Positions 45,601-58,061 of a DNA stretch of 64,000 bases are shown here, in pieces. The stretch lies in the NCBI GenBank assembly GCA_002269645.1, contig NIVC01000292.1, forward strand, positions 558,001 to 622,000, read 5' to 3'. Under the pieces are notes generated by a model. The model had not been told where the DNA came from. It made no database searches and worked only from the letters and a program-made list of their open reading frames with translations. The translations under genes and the position numbers were made by a program. The stretch is from Macrostomum lignano. Lineage: Eukaryota. Within the stretch, counting starts at the first letter, position 1. Each line of letters opens with the position of its first letter.

Positions 45601-48600
45601 CTGAGATAAGCACTAAGATGGGCACTGAGATAAGCACTGAAATAAGCACTAAGATGGGCACTGAGACAAGCACTGAGATAAGCACTAAGATGGGCACTGA
45701 GATAAGCACTAAGATGGGCACTGAGATAAGCACTGAAATAAGCACTAAGATGGGCACTGAGACAAGCACTGAGATAAGCACTAAGATGGGCACTGAAATA
45801 AGCACTAAGATGGGCACTGAGACAAGCACTGAGATAAGCACAAAGATGGGCACTGAGATAAGCACTAAGATGGGCACTGAGATAAGCACTAAGATGGGCA
45901 CTGAGACAAGCACTGAGATGGGCACTGAGATGAGATAGGCACTGAGATCAAGTGGGCATGGGATGGGCACTGAGATGAGATAGGCACTGAGATCAAGTGG
46001 GCACTGAGACGGGCACTGAAATGAAGTGGGCACTGAGATCAAGTGGGCATTGGGATAAGCACTGAGATGAGATAGTCACTGAGATGAGATAGGCACTGAG
46101 ATCAAGTGGGCATTTGGATGGGCACTGAGATCAAGTGGGCACTGAGATGAAGTGGGCACTGAGATGAAGTGGGCACTGAGATGAGATGGGCACTGAGATG
46201 AGATAGGCACTGAGATGAGATGGGCACTGAGATGAGATAGGCACTGAGATGAGATGGGCACTGAGATGAGATAGGCACTGAGATGAGATGGGCACTGAGA
46301 TGAGATAGGCACTGAGATGAGATGGGCACTGAGATGAGATAGGCACTGAGATGAAGTGGGCACTGAGATGAAGTGGGCACTGAGATGAAATGGGCACTGA
46401 GATGAAGTGGGCACTGAGATGAGATGGGCACTGAGATGAGATAGGCACTGAGATGAGATGGGCACTGAGATGAGATGGGCACTGAGATGAGATGGGCACT
46501 GAGATGAGATAGGCACTGAGATGAAGTGGGCACTGAGATGAAATGGGCACTGAGATGAAGTGGGCACTGAGATGAGATGGGCACTGAGATGAAGTGGGCA
46601 CTGAGAGCGCCCCTGTGCCGGCCGCAGGTGCTGGTGGCGGACGCCCGGCCCTACTCGGCAGCGCTGGGCAACGGCACCATGGGCGGAGGCTACGAGAGGC
46701 CCGAGTACTACAGCGGCACGGAGATCGAGTACCTCGGCCTGCCCAACCTGCACGCTGTGCGCAACAGCTTCACCGCCATGCGAGTCCTGCTCAGCGCCGC
46801 TGCCCCACCACAGCCCGCCACGCCCGCCTGCCCCGGCTCCGGCCTGGTGCCAGTCGGCGGCCGAGTCTCCTTGAGCCCGGCTGAGCTGGAGAGCACCGGC
46901 TGGCTGCAGCTGGTCTCCAGCCTGCTCAGCGGCGCTGACAGAATCGCGCAGGTGCTCACTGGCGAGGGCCGCTCAGTGCTGGTGCACTGCTCAGACGGCT
47001 GGGACCGGACTCCGCAGCTCACCTGCCTGAGCCTGCTGCTGTGCGACCCGCACTACCGCACACTGGCCGGCTTCCGGCTGCTGCTCACCCGCGAATGGCT
47101 GGACTTCGGCCACAAGTTCGCCGACAGGTGCGGCAACTCCGCCGGCTGCGTCAACTCAAAGACTGGCTTCGGCAGCGGCGGCAGCGGAGTCGGCGGCTCC
47201 TCGGCTGCAAACAGCAGCAGCAGCAGCAGCGAGAGGTCGCCGATCTTCCTGCAGTTCCTGGACTGCGCACACCAGCTGCTGGCGCAGTTCCCGCAGGAGT
47301 TCGAGTTCACCGACCTGCTGCTGCGGCGTCTGGCCGTCCACTGCCACTCCGGCCTGTTCCCCGCCCTGGCCGCCAACACCGCCGCCGAGCGGGCCGCCCG
47401 CGGCCTGTCTGAACAGTCGCTCTGCCCCTGGCACCTCCTGCGGCTTCGTGGCGTCGCGAATCCCCGATTCGGTCAGCAGCTGCAGCTCCTGCGGCCAGCC
47501 ACGGCTCCGTCTGGTCTGCGATTCTGGCGCGAGATGTACGCGCCTGTGCCCGACCCCCGGCTGGACTGGGACTGCCTGGACTGGGACGGCCTGCCTGCCG
47601 ACTCGGATGAGGTTTGTTGAGGGGCATGTGCTGGATTGATTGATTCCGGCGCTTTTGGCCATTTTTCCATGGTAATCCCCGTGTTATTTTAGGGATTTCG
47701 CAGGGGAGATTTCCTTCGATACTAGGGATTTCCTAGGGGAGATTCCTTCGATACTAGGGATTTCCCAGGGGGGTTTCCTTCGATACTAGGGATTTCCCAG
47801 GGGAGATTCCTTCGATACTAGGGATTTCCTAGGGGAGATTCCTTCGATACTAGGGATTTCCCAGGGGATATTCCTTCGATGCTAGGGATTTCCCAGGGGG
47901 GATTCCTTCGATACTAGGGATTTCCCAGGGGAGATTTCCTTCGATACTAGGGATTTCCCAGGGGAGATTCCTTCGATACTAGGGATTTCCAGGGGGGGTT
48001 CCTTCGATACTAGGGATTTCCCAGGGGAGATTCCTCCGATGCTAGGGATTTCCCAGTGGAGATTTCTGAGATGTTGGGGATTTCCCAGGAGAGCTTTTTT
48101 GAGATGTTGGGGATTTCCAAGTGGAGTTTCTTTTAGTGTTAGGGATTTCCCAGTGGGATTCCTTTGATTTAGGGAATTTCCTAGTAGAGATTCCTTTGAT
48201 TTTTGGGGATTTCTTAAAAAAAGATTCATTACTTTTTAAAATTCACCAGTTAAGTTCTGTTGGAGTGTTTTGGACTGCCTCTGCCCGAAATTCCGCACGT
48301 ATTGGACTGTTAAAAATTTGTACAAATAACAGGTTTTATTATCTAAATGTAAACTTGCCAATGGCGTCTGCTGGCTCTGTGGGCGCACTTGCGCATTTCT
48401 ATAAATACCCTGCGTCTTCACAGATAGCGGCACACTGGCGCTTGGCTTTGTCACGTGTTGTTCGTCTGTGTGTCTGTCTGTGTGTATGTCTGTTATCACC
48501 CATATCACCGTGTGCTTGTCTGTCTTTTAACTTCTTCGTCTTGCATGAGGTGGGCGTTGAAAAGCCAGCTATCTGCGTGCCTCCAGCTCGGGTCTCTGAC

Positions 48601-50479
48601 TAACTTTTTTGTACCAGTGATTTTGCCGCAACTCTGGCGAGTCTGTTCGGTATTCGATGTGGGATGGTTTGCTGGGAAAATACCGAAAAAAATCTATATT
48701 GAGGCGATTCTGCCCAATCCGTTGGCTTCTGAGCACGCAGGCCCGCACTCGTACACAGCTCACTCCGGGTGTGCAGCGGTCCTGACTTTGCTGTCGTCAG
48801 GAATGTACACTCTGTGTGCTTTTAGTTTAGGTTAGGTTTAGTTTAGGTTAGGTTTGGTTTAGTTTAGTTTAGGTTAGCTTTAGTTTAGTTTAGGTTTGGC
48901 TTTGTTTAGTTTAGGTTAGGTTTAGTTTAGGTTAGGTTTGATTTAGTTTTAGGTTTAGTTTAGTTTTAGGTTAGGTTTAGTTTAGTTTAGTTTTAGGTTT
49001 AGTTTAGGTTAGGTTTGGTTTAGTTTAGGTTTAGTTTAGTTTTAGGTTAGGTTTAGTTTAGTTTAGTTTTAGGTTTAGTTTAGGTTAGGTTTGGTTTAGT
49101 TTAGGTTTAGTTTAGTTTAGGTTTATTTTCGTTTAGGTATAGTTCAGGTTTGATTTAGTTTAGTTTAAGTTTAGTTTAGGTTTAGTTTAGGTTAGGACTA
49201 GCATAATTCGACCCGTTAACTTCTAGACTTCGTAAAGAAACTTCAAAACATTTAGGACTCAAAACTGTATCCGACTTTATTTTAACTCTATCCGACTCAC
49301 CCGGTAGACTTTATCCAACTCAAACACCATTTACTTTGTCAAAACTTCCATCCCGTTAAACTTATTTAACATTTGGAAAACCCCTATGCTCACTGGACTG
49401 TTAAAATTATAGATTATCATTAAAAAATTTTATGATAATTATAAAATTATCACCCAGACAGCAGGCATCCCCCAGACAGCAAGCATCCCCCAGACAGCAA
49501 GCATCACCCAGACAGCAAGCATCACCCAGACAGCAAGCATCACCCAGACAGCAAGCATCACCCAGACAGCAAGCATCACCCAGACAGCAAGCATCACCCA
49601 GACAGCAAGCATCACCCAGACAGCAAGCATCACCCAGACAGCAAGCATCCCCCAGACAGCAAGCATCACCCAGACAGCAAGCATCCCCCAGACAGCAAGC
49701 ATCACCCAGACAGCAAGCATCCCCAGACAGCAAGCATCCCCCAGACAGCAAGCATCACCCAGACAGCAAGCATCCCCCAGACAGCAAGCATCCCCCCAGA
49801 CAGCAAGCATCACCCAGACAGCAGGCATCACCCAGACAGCAAGCATCCCCCCAGACAGCAAGCATCCCCCAGACAGCAAGCATCACCCAAACAGCAAGCA
49901 TCCCCCAGACAGCACGCAGCCACTAAGCATTTCTCTCCCTTGCATATACTGTATAGTGGCGCAATACCTCAATTCTTTTAAAGTGCACAGGCTGATGTCT
50001 CTCACTCATGCAAAAAAGCGCTGCATTAACTCGTATTTAATTATTTATCGCTCGTAGCATCAGCTCAGGAAGTTGAAGTTTAGTCTATGGCCATAGACGC
50101 ATTATTATTTTTCGAGCTCTCACTGCGAGAAAAATACACTAATTAGATAGGGAAAACACAGTTTTTCGAGTATTAAACCCGTCCCGGGCACATTTGACAT
50201 CTTTTGGTGAAGAAACGGAGAAAATTGGTCAGGCCAATCGGCTTAAAACGTGAACTTTCTGGACAAACAAACATTTAGTTTAGGAAGGCGCTGATTTATC
50301 CCCATCCCCAGGCAAAGCTCTCAGAGCTGTCCAGCCAGCTCTCCCAGCTCAGCTCGAGTCCCCGGCAGCCGAGCAGCAGTGATCAGCCGGAGCGCAGGCC
50401 AGAAGCCGCCGAAGAAGACTCGGTTCTGCAACAGCCGCCCCCGCCTTCACCGGACGGTCGCATAGCGGTGCAGTCCTGA
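42669..50479 (+). CDS. MTMR3: Myotubularin-related phosphoinositide 3-phosphatase, MTMR3/4-like (about 766 aa)
   Basis: Exons 42669-43245, 43944-44191, 44602-44925, 46628-47611, 50312-50479 sum to 2301 nt (767 codons), phases 1, 0, 0, 0. PH-GRAM (GAVALTNYRLLL), myotubularin core (LCPSYP, GAVLARSAQP, LGWRCEADEKLV, DARPYSAALGN...GGGYERPEYY), intact catalytic loop VLVHCSDGWDRTPQL, EWLDFGHKFADRCG, SPIFLQFLDC. The start codon, the exon-2 donor (44192 vs 44267) and the last exon are less certain. MTMR3 and MTMR4 cannot be told apart here. Confidence 0.82.
43470..43925. repeat. Degenerate about 14-bp (ATCCGACATCCCAA)n repeat, MTMR intron 1
   Basis: Runs up to the polypyrimidine tract of exon 2. Confidence 0.88.
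44938..46605. repeat. Compound GCACTGAGAT-core array (12-bp units, then 17-bp units), MTMR intron 3
   Basis: 12-bp GCACTGAGATAA/GCACTAAGATGG units to about 45920, then 17-bp GGGCACTGAGATGAGAT/GAAGT units. Confidence 0.96.
47690..48215. repeat. About 32-bp minisatellite (TAGGGATTTCCCAGGGGAGATTCCTTCGATAC)n
   Basis: About 11 good units decaying rightwards. Confidence 0.92.
48821..49196 (+). repeat. Telomere-like degenerate (TTTAG/TTAGG/TTTAGG)n tract
   Basis: About 375 bp, almost C-free, in MTMR intron 4. Confidence 0.9.
49452..49915. repeat. 18-bp minisatellite (CCCAGACAGCAAGCATCM)n
   Basis: About 25 units. Confidence 0.95.
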
Positions 50480-50721
50480 GTTCGAGCCCTCCGCTCCGGT
50501 TCCCAAAGGCTTTCACTGTTAGTTATAAACAAATCCCCTTCATTGAATTGCTTTGAAAAGCAGACTGAACGGTGGTTGGACTTTGCCGCGTGATTCATTA
50601 TAAATAATTCGAATATCTATCTATTCGCCGACATATTCGCCCAATGCTACTTCTTATCAGTAGGTTAGGTAGGCTTGTTTTTCCAATTTTTTATTTAAAG
50701 CATTTTGCCAGCTAGTAAGAG

Positions 50722-52441
50722 AGCTTGCGAACCAGCAAATGAATCCAATGACAGTTTTTACCATAGACAGCAGGCAGAGATCTGCTAGCTTGCTTGCAAA
50801 CCAGCAAATGAATCCAATGACAGTTTTTACCATAGACAGCAGGCAGAGATCTGCTAGCTTGCTTGCGAACAAGCAAATGAATCCAATGACAGTTTTTACC
50901 ATAGACAGCAGGCAGAGATCTGCTAGCTTGCTTGCGAACCAGCAAATGAATCCAATGGCAGTTTTTACCATAGACAGCAGGCAGAGATCTGCTAGCTTGT
51001 TTGCGAACAGCAAATGAATCCAATGACAGTTTTTACCATAGACAGCAGGCAGAGATCTGCTAGCTTGTTTGCGAACAGCAAATGAATCCAATGACAGTTT
51101 TTACCATAGACAGCAGGCAGAGATCTGCTAGCTTGCTTGCGAACCAGCAAATGAATCCAATGACAGTTTTTACCATAGACAGCAGGCAGAGATCTGCTAG
51201 CTTGTTTGCGAACAAGCAAATGAATCCAATGACACAGTTTTTACCATAGACAGCAGGCAGAGGTCTGCTAGCTTGCTTGCGAACAGCAAATGAATCCAAT
51301 GACAGTTTTTACCATAGACAGCAGGCAGAGATCTGCTAGCTTGCTTGCGAACAGCAAATGAATCCAATGACAGTTTTTACCATAGACAGCAGGCAGAGGT
51401 CTGCTAGCTTGTTTGCGAACAGCAAATGAATCCAATGACAGTTTTTACCATAGACAGCAGGCAGAGATCTGCTAGCTTGTTTGCGAACAGCAAATGAATC
51501 CAATGACAGTTTTTACCATAGACAGCAGGCAGAGATCTGCTAGCTTGTTTGCGAACAGCAAATGAATCCAATGACAGTTTTTACCATAGACAGCAGCAGA
51601 GATCTGCTAGCTTGTTTGCGAACCAGCAAATGAATCCAATGACACAGTTTTTACCATAGACAGCAGGCAGAGGTCTGCTAGCTTGCTTGCGAACAGCAAA
51701 TGAATCCAATGACAGTTTTTACCATAGACAGCAGGCAGAGATCTGCTAGCTTGCTTGCGAACAGCAAATGAATCCAATGACAGTTTTTACCATAGACAGC
51801 AGGCAGAGATCTGCTAGCTTGCTTGCGAACAGCAAATGAATCCAATGACAGTTTTTACCATAGACAGCAGGCAGAGATCTGCTAGCTTGTTTGCGAACAA
51901 GCAAATGAATCCAATGACAGTTTTTACCATAGACAGCAGGCAGAGGTCTGCTAGCTTGCTTGCGAAACAGCAAATGAATCCAATGACAGTTTTTACCATA
52001 GACAGCAGGCAGAGATCTGCTAGCTTGCTTGCGAACCAGCAAATGAATCCAATGACAGTTTTTACCATAGACAGCAGGCAGAGATCTGCTAGCTTGCTTG
52101 CGAACCAGCAAATGAATCCAATGACAGTTTTTACCATAGACAGCAGGCAGAGGTCTGCTAGCTTGCTTGCGAACCAGCAAATGAATCCAATGACAGTTTT
52201 TACCATAGACAGCAGGCAGAGATCTGCTAGCTTGCTTGCGAACCAGCAAATGAATCCAATGACAGTTTTTACCATAGACAGCAGGCAGAGATCTGCTAGC
52301 TTGTTTGCGAACAGCAAATGAATCCAATGACACAGTTTTTACCATAGACAGCAGGCAGAGGTCTGCTAGCTTGCTTGCGAACCAGCAAATGAATCCAATG
52401 ACAGTTTTTACCATAGACAGCAGGCAGAGATCTGCTAGCTT
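50722..52441. repeat. About 69-bp satellite (CAAATGAATCCAATGACAGTTTTTACCATAGACAGCAGGCAGAGATCTGCTAGCTTGCTTGCGAACCAG)n
   Basis: About 25 units of 68-70 bp, starting about 240 nt after the MTMR stop. Confidence 0.97.
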
Positions 52442-53209
52442 GTAAAATGCTATGTTATTATGGCTTTTTGCAGTCCACTTGAGCTCAAACGCATTGGATT
52501 TGATCCAAGATATGCTTTGCCAATGTGATGGAGTTTCTGTCCATGGTAGCAAGCATTCATTTTGGTCCACAGCGGCTCCAGGTATTCATCCCAGGATTCT
52601 CATTTAGACCCGAGAGTCCATTTAGCAGTGGGGCGCAAGTTTTGACCATGCTAAAATGCTATTATTTGTTTTTTGTTTGTTACGATTGGCGCAATTTGCC
52701 ACCTGTAAACTCATGATTAGGTTTCACAGCCGCTACGGACCAAATTGAATGCTTGCTACCATAGACTGCAAACTGCATTACTTTAGGCTGCAAAAAAACT
52801 ATAATTATATAATTAGCCGTTTCATTTTAATGAAAATTGCTCTTTGTGTCTATCCTAATTATTTCACCTGCGACCGGCTTATCGGTCTGAGCTGGCGATA
52901 AAATATTCCATCATGTTCGATTCGTATATATTGCCGATCGCTGTTGGCGTGCGCTCTCCCGGGTTCGAGTCCCGCGGGCGCGTCTATCCGTTTTATTGTG
53001 GAATTGGATTGCTATTTTTATTTTACTTTGTTTTAATCAGTTCACCTTGCTCACCTGATCCGCTTGCTGGCACACCTCACCTGGTCTCACCCTTTGTCTC
53101 CTTCTGTCTTCTCGTTCCGCTTTATATCTGCCCTGCATCTCCTCCCTTGTTGGCTCTCTTCATCCTTTGCCACCTCTTTATCAACCTCTCCTCCTCTCCG
53201 TCTCCCTCA

Positions 53210-53430
53210 TGCTCTCCCTACTCCCTCTCGACCCCCTCTCTCTCCCTCTCCCTCCGCCTCTCCGCTTCTCTTCTCTCTCTCACTCTCCCTCTTCACTCTC
53301 TCCCTCTTCACTCTCTCCCTCTTCACTCTCTCCCTCTTCACTCTCTCCCTCTTCACTCTCTCCCTCTTCACTCTCTCGCTCTCTCACTCTCTCACTCTCT
53401 CACTCTCTCTCTCTCTCTCCCTCTTCACTC

Positions 53431-53488
<58 letters not shown>

Positions 53489-53515
53489 ACACACACTCTC
53501 TCACTCTCTCTCGCT
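53210..53515. repeat. CT-rich microsatellite with 17-bp CTCTCTCCCTCTTCACT units
   Basis: Read directly from the sequence. Confidence 0.92.
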
Positions 53516-53894
53516 GTCTTCCCCTTTCTTTCCCCAGCCTCTTAGCCTCATCAATTTGTTATAGAAAATATATTATTTACACTTTCCTCATTTCTACACG
53601 CGGCCGTCGAGTTTGCTGTTTCTCGCGCGCTCTTTGAGCCGCGTCCTCCGCACCCGCGATTTTATTATGACTGCACCCGAGACTGACAGACGCTTGTCAT
53701 CCGCAACTCGTCAACATTGACGCGACTCTTTAGAGATTAAAAAAACGTTTTGAAATAGATTATATATGGATGTAGAGTGTATTATACAATTCAGATTTTT
53801 CGAACCTGATTTTATTGAGAATAAAAAACTGTAATTTGTCTTGCCTTAGTCTGTTTCACTGAGTTTTACATGGCATTTTCGAAATACCCGTATC

Positions 53895-54115
53895 CCGAAA
53901 TCCAGAAATTTACAGAATCCCGAATTCCGAAATCCAGAAATTTACAGAATCCCGAATTCCGAAATCCAGAAATTTACAGAATCACAAATTAAGAAATTCA
54001 GAAATTTACAGAATCCCGAATTCCGAAATCCAGAAATTTACAGAATCACAAATTAAGAAATTCAGAAATTTACAGAATCCCGAATTCCGAAATCCAGATA
54101 TTTACAGAATCCCAA
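53895..54115. repeat. 32-bp minisatellite (ATCCAGAAATTTACAGAATCCCGAATTCCGAA)n
   Basis: About 6-7 units in two alternating variants. Confidence 0.9.
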
Positions 54116-54566
54116 ACTCAAGATCCCAGATCCCATGACCACTATCGTCAGAATCTGGATCCCAGAATTTCGAAAATCGAATTCCCCATGGATTCCCAAA
54201 TCCTCAGATTATTAAATTCCAAAATCTCCAACCAAAACAGCAGACTCCCCTATAATCTAAGATTATTCCCCAGTATTTATCCCCATCCCCGGAATTTGAA
54301 TCGCCTTGCACCCGTCATTAAAATCCCAATCCATCGAATTTGATGTTTTGATCCTCCACTTCCATCCCACAGTCTTCGTGCACTTTTAGCCAGTCTGCAG
54401 GTAAAAAGCCTGACTAATTGGGACCCGGAGACGGCTCAAGCCACCCTCCCCCCCCCCGCAACCCCCTGCACTCCAGGCCTCTTCATTCGCCAGCTCTCCG
54501 GGAAGGTCGGGTTCGATTCTCGCTTGCGGCTGCTGTTGGGGCTGAGAGGCAGCGCTGGCTCTGCTG

Positions 54567-54787
54567 CATGTGCTGTTCACGATGCCATGACCTGCATGTG
54601 CTGTTCACGATGCCATGACCTGCATGTGCTGTTCACGATGCCATGACCTGCATGTGCTGTTCACGATGCCATGACCTGCATGTGCTGTTCACGATGCCAT
54701 GACCTGCATGTGCTGTTCACGATGCCATGACCTGCATGTGCTGTTCACGATGCCATGACCTGCATGTGCTGTTCACGATGCCATGAC
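54567..54787. repeat. 28-bp perfect minisatellite (CATGTGCTGTTCACGATGCCATGACCTG)n
   Basis: About 8 identical units. Confidence 0.96.
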
Positions 54788-54916
54788 CGGCTCAGCAGCT
54801 CTGACTCTGCTCTGAGTCTTGACTGGGAGACCGCGCGACTTGAGTTGGGAGAATTACGGGATTGAGAATGAGTGTTGAACTGGTGTTTTGCATCCTCAGT
54901 CGCTAAGCCACCATCG

Positions 54917-55485
54917 CCAGCCTCCCAGATTCTCAGTTGCTGGGCCAGCCTCCCAGATCCTCAGTTGCTGGGCCAGCCTTCCAGATCCTCAGTTGCTGGG
55001 CCAGCCTCCCAGATCCTCAGTTGCTGGGCCAGCCTCCCAGATCCCCAGTTGCTGGGCCAGCCTCCCAGATCCCCAGTTGCTGGGCAACCACCACCAGCCT
55101 CCCAGATCCTCAGTTGCTGGGCCAGCCTCCCAGATCCCCAGTTGCTGGGCCAGCCTTCCAGATCCTCAGTTGCTGGGCCAGCCTCCCAGATCCTCAGTTG
55201 CTGGGCCAGCCTCCCAGATCCCCAGTTGCTGGGCCAGCCTCCCAGATCCCCAGTTGCTGGGCAACCACCACCAGCCTCCCAGATCCCCAGTTGCTGGGCC
55301 AGCCTCCCAGATCCCCAGTTGCTGGGCAACCACCACCAGCCTCCCAGATCCCCAGTTGCTGGGCCAGCCTCCCAGATCCCCAGTTGCTGGGCAACCACCA
55401 CCAGCCTCCCAGATCCCCAGTTGCTGGGCCAGCCTCCCAGATCCCCAGTTGCTGGGCAACCACCACCAGCCTCTCAGATCCTCAG
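54917..55485. repeat. 28-bp minisatellite, locus 2 (same family as 16472-17012)
   Basis: Same unit plus a locus-specific longer variant containing GGGCAACCACCACCAGCC. Confidence 0.95.
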
Positions 55486-56774
55486 GCTTCTCTGGCATCC
55501 CCAGTCTCCAAAATGTACTTTAGAAGGAAGTCTTTCTGCTCGGTTCCCCATCTCGGCTACCTGGGTTCCTGCGCGGACTTGGGGATCGCCGCATCCCGAA
55601 ACCCCGCCGGGGCGGCCCGCCCACTCGGCCGCCGAATTCATCATTCGGAACTTTAATCACAGACCGAATAATGAAAGCCCCTGGCCCTCGGTCACGTCTC
55701 CTCTTCGGACTTCACCGCTGGCTGGGAGGAAAAAAGGAATATAAATTAGCATTTTTTATCCCCAAATCATTATTTTCCTCCACGCAGCGGGAGATATCCC
55801 CCCGGCCCGGGGACTTTGGGAGAATTTTCCCACGACAGGCCTGAGAACTACATGAAAGACAAACCAACCCAGAAAAATCTGTGGGGCCTCCCCGTTCCAT
55901 CAAAAAAGTTGAATGCCAACTGGGACAGGGGAAGGAGGGATCAAATCCTCTTTCCTCCTCTCTTCCTCTTTCCCGAATCCTCTCGGCTTGTCTTCTGCCT
56001 TGAGAATTTGGCCAGTTGCCATGGCAACCGCACAGGGAAGCTGCGCTGCTATCCTGGCCCTCCCCTTCCCGGTGCTTCCCCGAACTCTGCGGGGGCAGAG
56101 AGACGGGAAAATCTTCCCGACCCTCTGGGACGGAGCGGTGCGCGTGTCTGCTGATGGGCAGCAGGTCGGCTGCCTAATTAGTGCACTCAGGCACTGCTGC
56201 ACAATCTGTCACTCACCTGTGTGAGGTGTGAGGAATGGTTAAGACTCACTATTATTATTCGAGAGATTGCCAGCTCAACAATAAGTTTTTGATTTGGTTA
56301 ATGAGTGAGTGAGTGAGTAAGTTTATGAGTGAGTTTATGAGCGAGTTTATGAGTGAGATTTTAAGTGAGTTCATCAGTACAACACCAGCCAAACAGCTAC
56401 AGGTGTTACATATGAGTGAGTTGTCCTTGATTCGCATCTCCCTCTGCACAGCGCTGGTGGCCCGATACTCCACAGCCCTTGGCTATCGGATTTCCAGCTG
56501 AGGTTGTCGCGTCGCGGCCTGGCTGAGAGAACAATGGGCAGCTCAACGGCCCTGAGGCAGCTCAGAGCCAGATTGAAGTTTGCGGAGCTCCGGAGAGGCG
56601 AAAATGGGAAATTAAAGGGGGCGGGCGGGAGAGAACGGAACTTCAGGACACGGCGAAATTTGAGACAAAAATAGATCTGACAGCACTGAGGCTGGGGTGC
56701 AGGCTGGGGAGATGGCCGGGGATCCGCGGCGAGACAGGGAGCCGGGAGTTTGGGAAGGAAATGGGAAAGGATTA

Positions 56775-57050
56775 GAGGGAGATGCAGAGGGAGACGGGGA
56801 GATGCAGAGGGAGACAGGGAGATGCAGAGGGAGACGGGGAGATGCAGAGGGAGACGGGGAGATGCAGATGGAGACAGGAAGATGCAGAGGGAGACGGGGA
56901 GATGCAGAGGGAGACGGGGAGATGCAGAGGGAGACAGAGAGATGCAGAGGGAGACGGGGAGATGCAGAAGGAGACGAAGAGATGCAGAGGGAGACTGAGA
57001 GATGCAGAGGGAGACAGTGAGATTCAGAGGGAGACTGAGAGATGCTGAGC
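56775..57050. repeat. 20-bp purine-rich minisatellite (GATGCAGAGGGAGACGGGGA)n
   Basis: About 13 units. Confidence 0.92.
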
Positions 57051-58061
57051 GGGAGATGGAGGACATTGAGAAGCTTAGGAGATGCAGATGAAGAAAAGAT
57101 GGGGGCAGAAGGGCGAAGGGGAATGAGAGACGATTGCAGAGGATGGATACAGAGGAGAAGGGGGAAGACTCAAAGGGAGAAGTGCTCAGGCAGTGGGGGA
57201 TGCAGAAGGCTGCAGCTGGCTCAGCCCCCCCCCCAGCCTCCGCGGCCGTCCCAGCCGAGTCTCCGCCGGCTCGCTCTGTTAAATTTTGTCACCCCGGGGG
57301 TCTGCGGCGGAGTCGGTCGCGCGGAGCTGGAGAAGCCCAGAGCGATGAAGCCCCGGGGCTGCTGGCTTTTATTGATGATGATCGGGGGCTGCTTCGATGC
57401 CATGAGGACTGAGGGAGGGGGTGTTGCAGAGAAGTGCGGATTTGATGGTGTGAAACAATGAGCCTGGAGAAGAGGGATCGCCACGGCAAACAGGAGAGTC
57501 GCTTTTCCAGGCTCTGTCCGACACCTGAACTGTTGCTATGGGCGTCATCGCCTCCTCACCGGTCTCTCCCGGTATCCCGAGATGACCGGCTTTCCTGCAA
57601 TGGGGGGAGGCTGAGAGACACCCGCCGTGAGCTGCTGTTTGAGCTGTGGGTGTCTGCTCAGCATCTGCTAACCTCAGGCTGAGTCGGCTGCTTACAGACT
57701 CCCTGCCTGCCTCATCACCAGCTCAGTGTCCTCTGGCCTTCACCAGACTCCCCACCTGCCTCATCACCAGCTCAGTCTCTCCTTCATCAACCAGTCCCCA
57801 CTGTGAACTCTGCAACCTGCAGTGAAGCGTGGCTGATGTGTGATGCAGGACAGCAATGCATTTTATTGATTATAATTTTTACTATTTTAACAATTTTTCA
57901 ATTGAGAGGCTGCGAAACAGAAGGGCAGAAGATTGTTGAATTTTTTTAGGAGAAACAGCATTGGGGAGAAATCACAGACAAATAAAGGGAGAATTGGGAT
58001 ACAAGCTATATTGCTGTCTGTGGGATTTCCTAAGCAGGCTGTAAATCAAGGCAAATCAGTC

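Noticed and set aside
43688-46042. 784-aa minus-strand ORF (ISVPILVL repeats)
   Set aside because: Read-through of a 12-bp intronic array plus the antisense of MTMR exons.
47612-47620. Stop at 47620 as the end of MTMR
   Set aside because: GAG|GTTTGT is a plausible donor in phase with a GC-rich exon at 50312; the ORF-track stop is probably intronic, though not excluded.
41038-52441. CRISPR-like appearance of the 57-bp and 69-bp arrays
   Set aside because: Units are head-to-tail with no unique spacers, there are no cas genes, and the context is a spliced eukaryotic locus.
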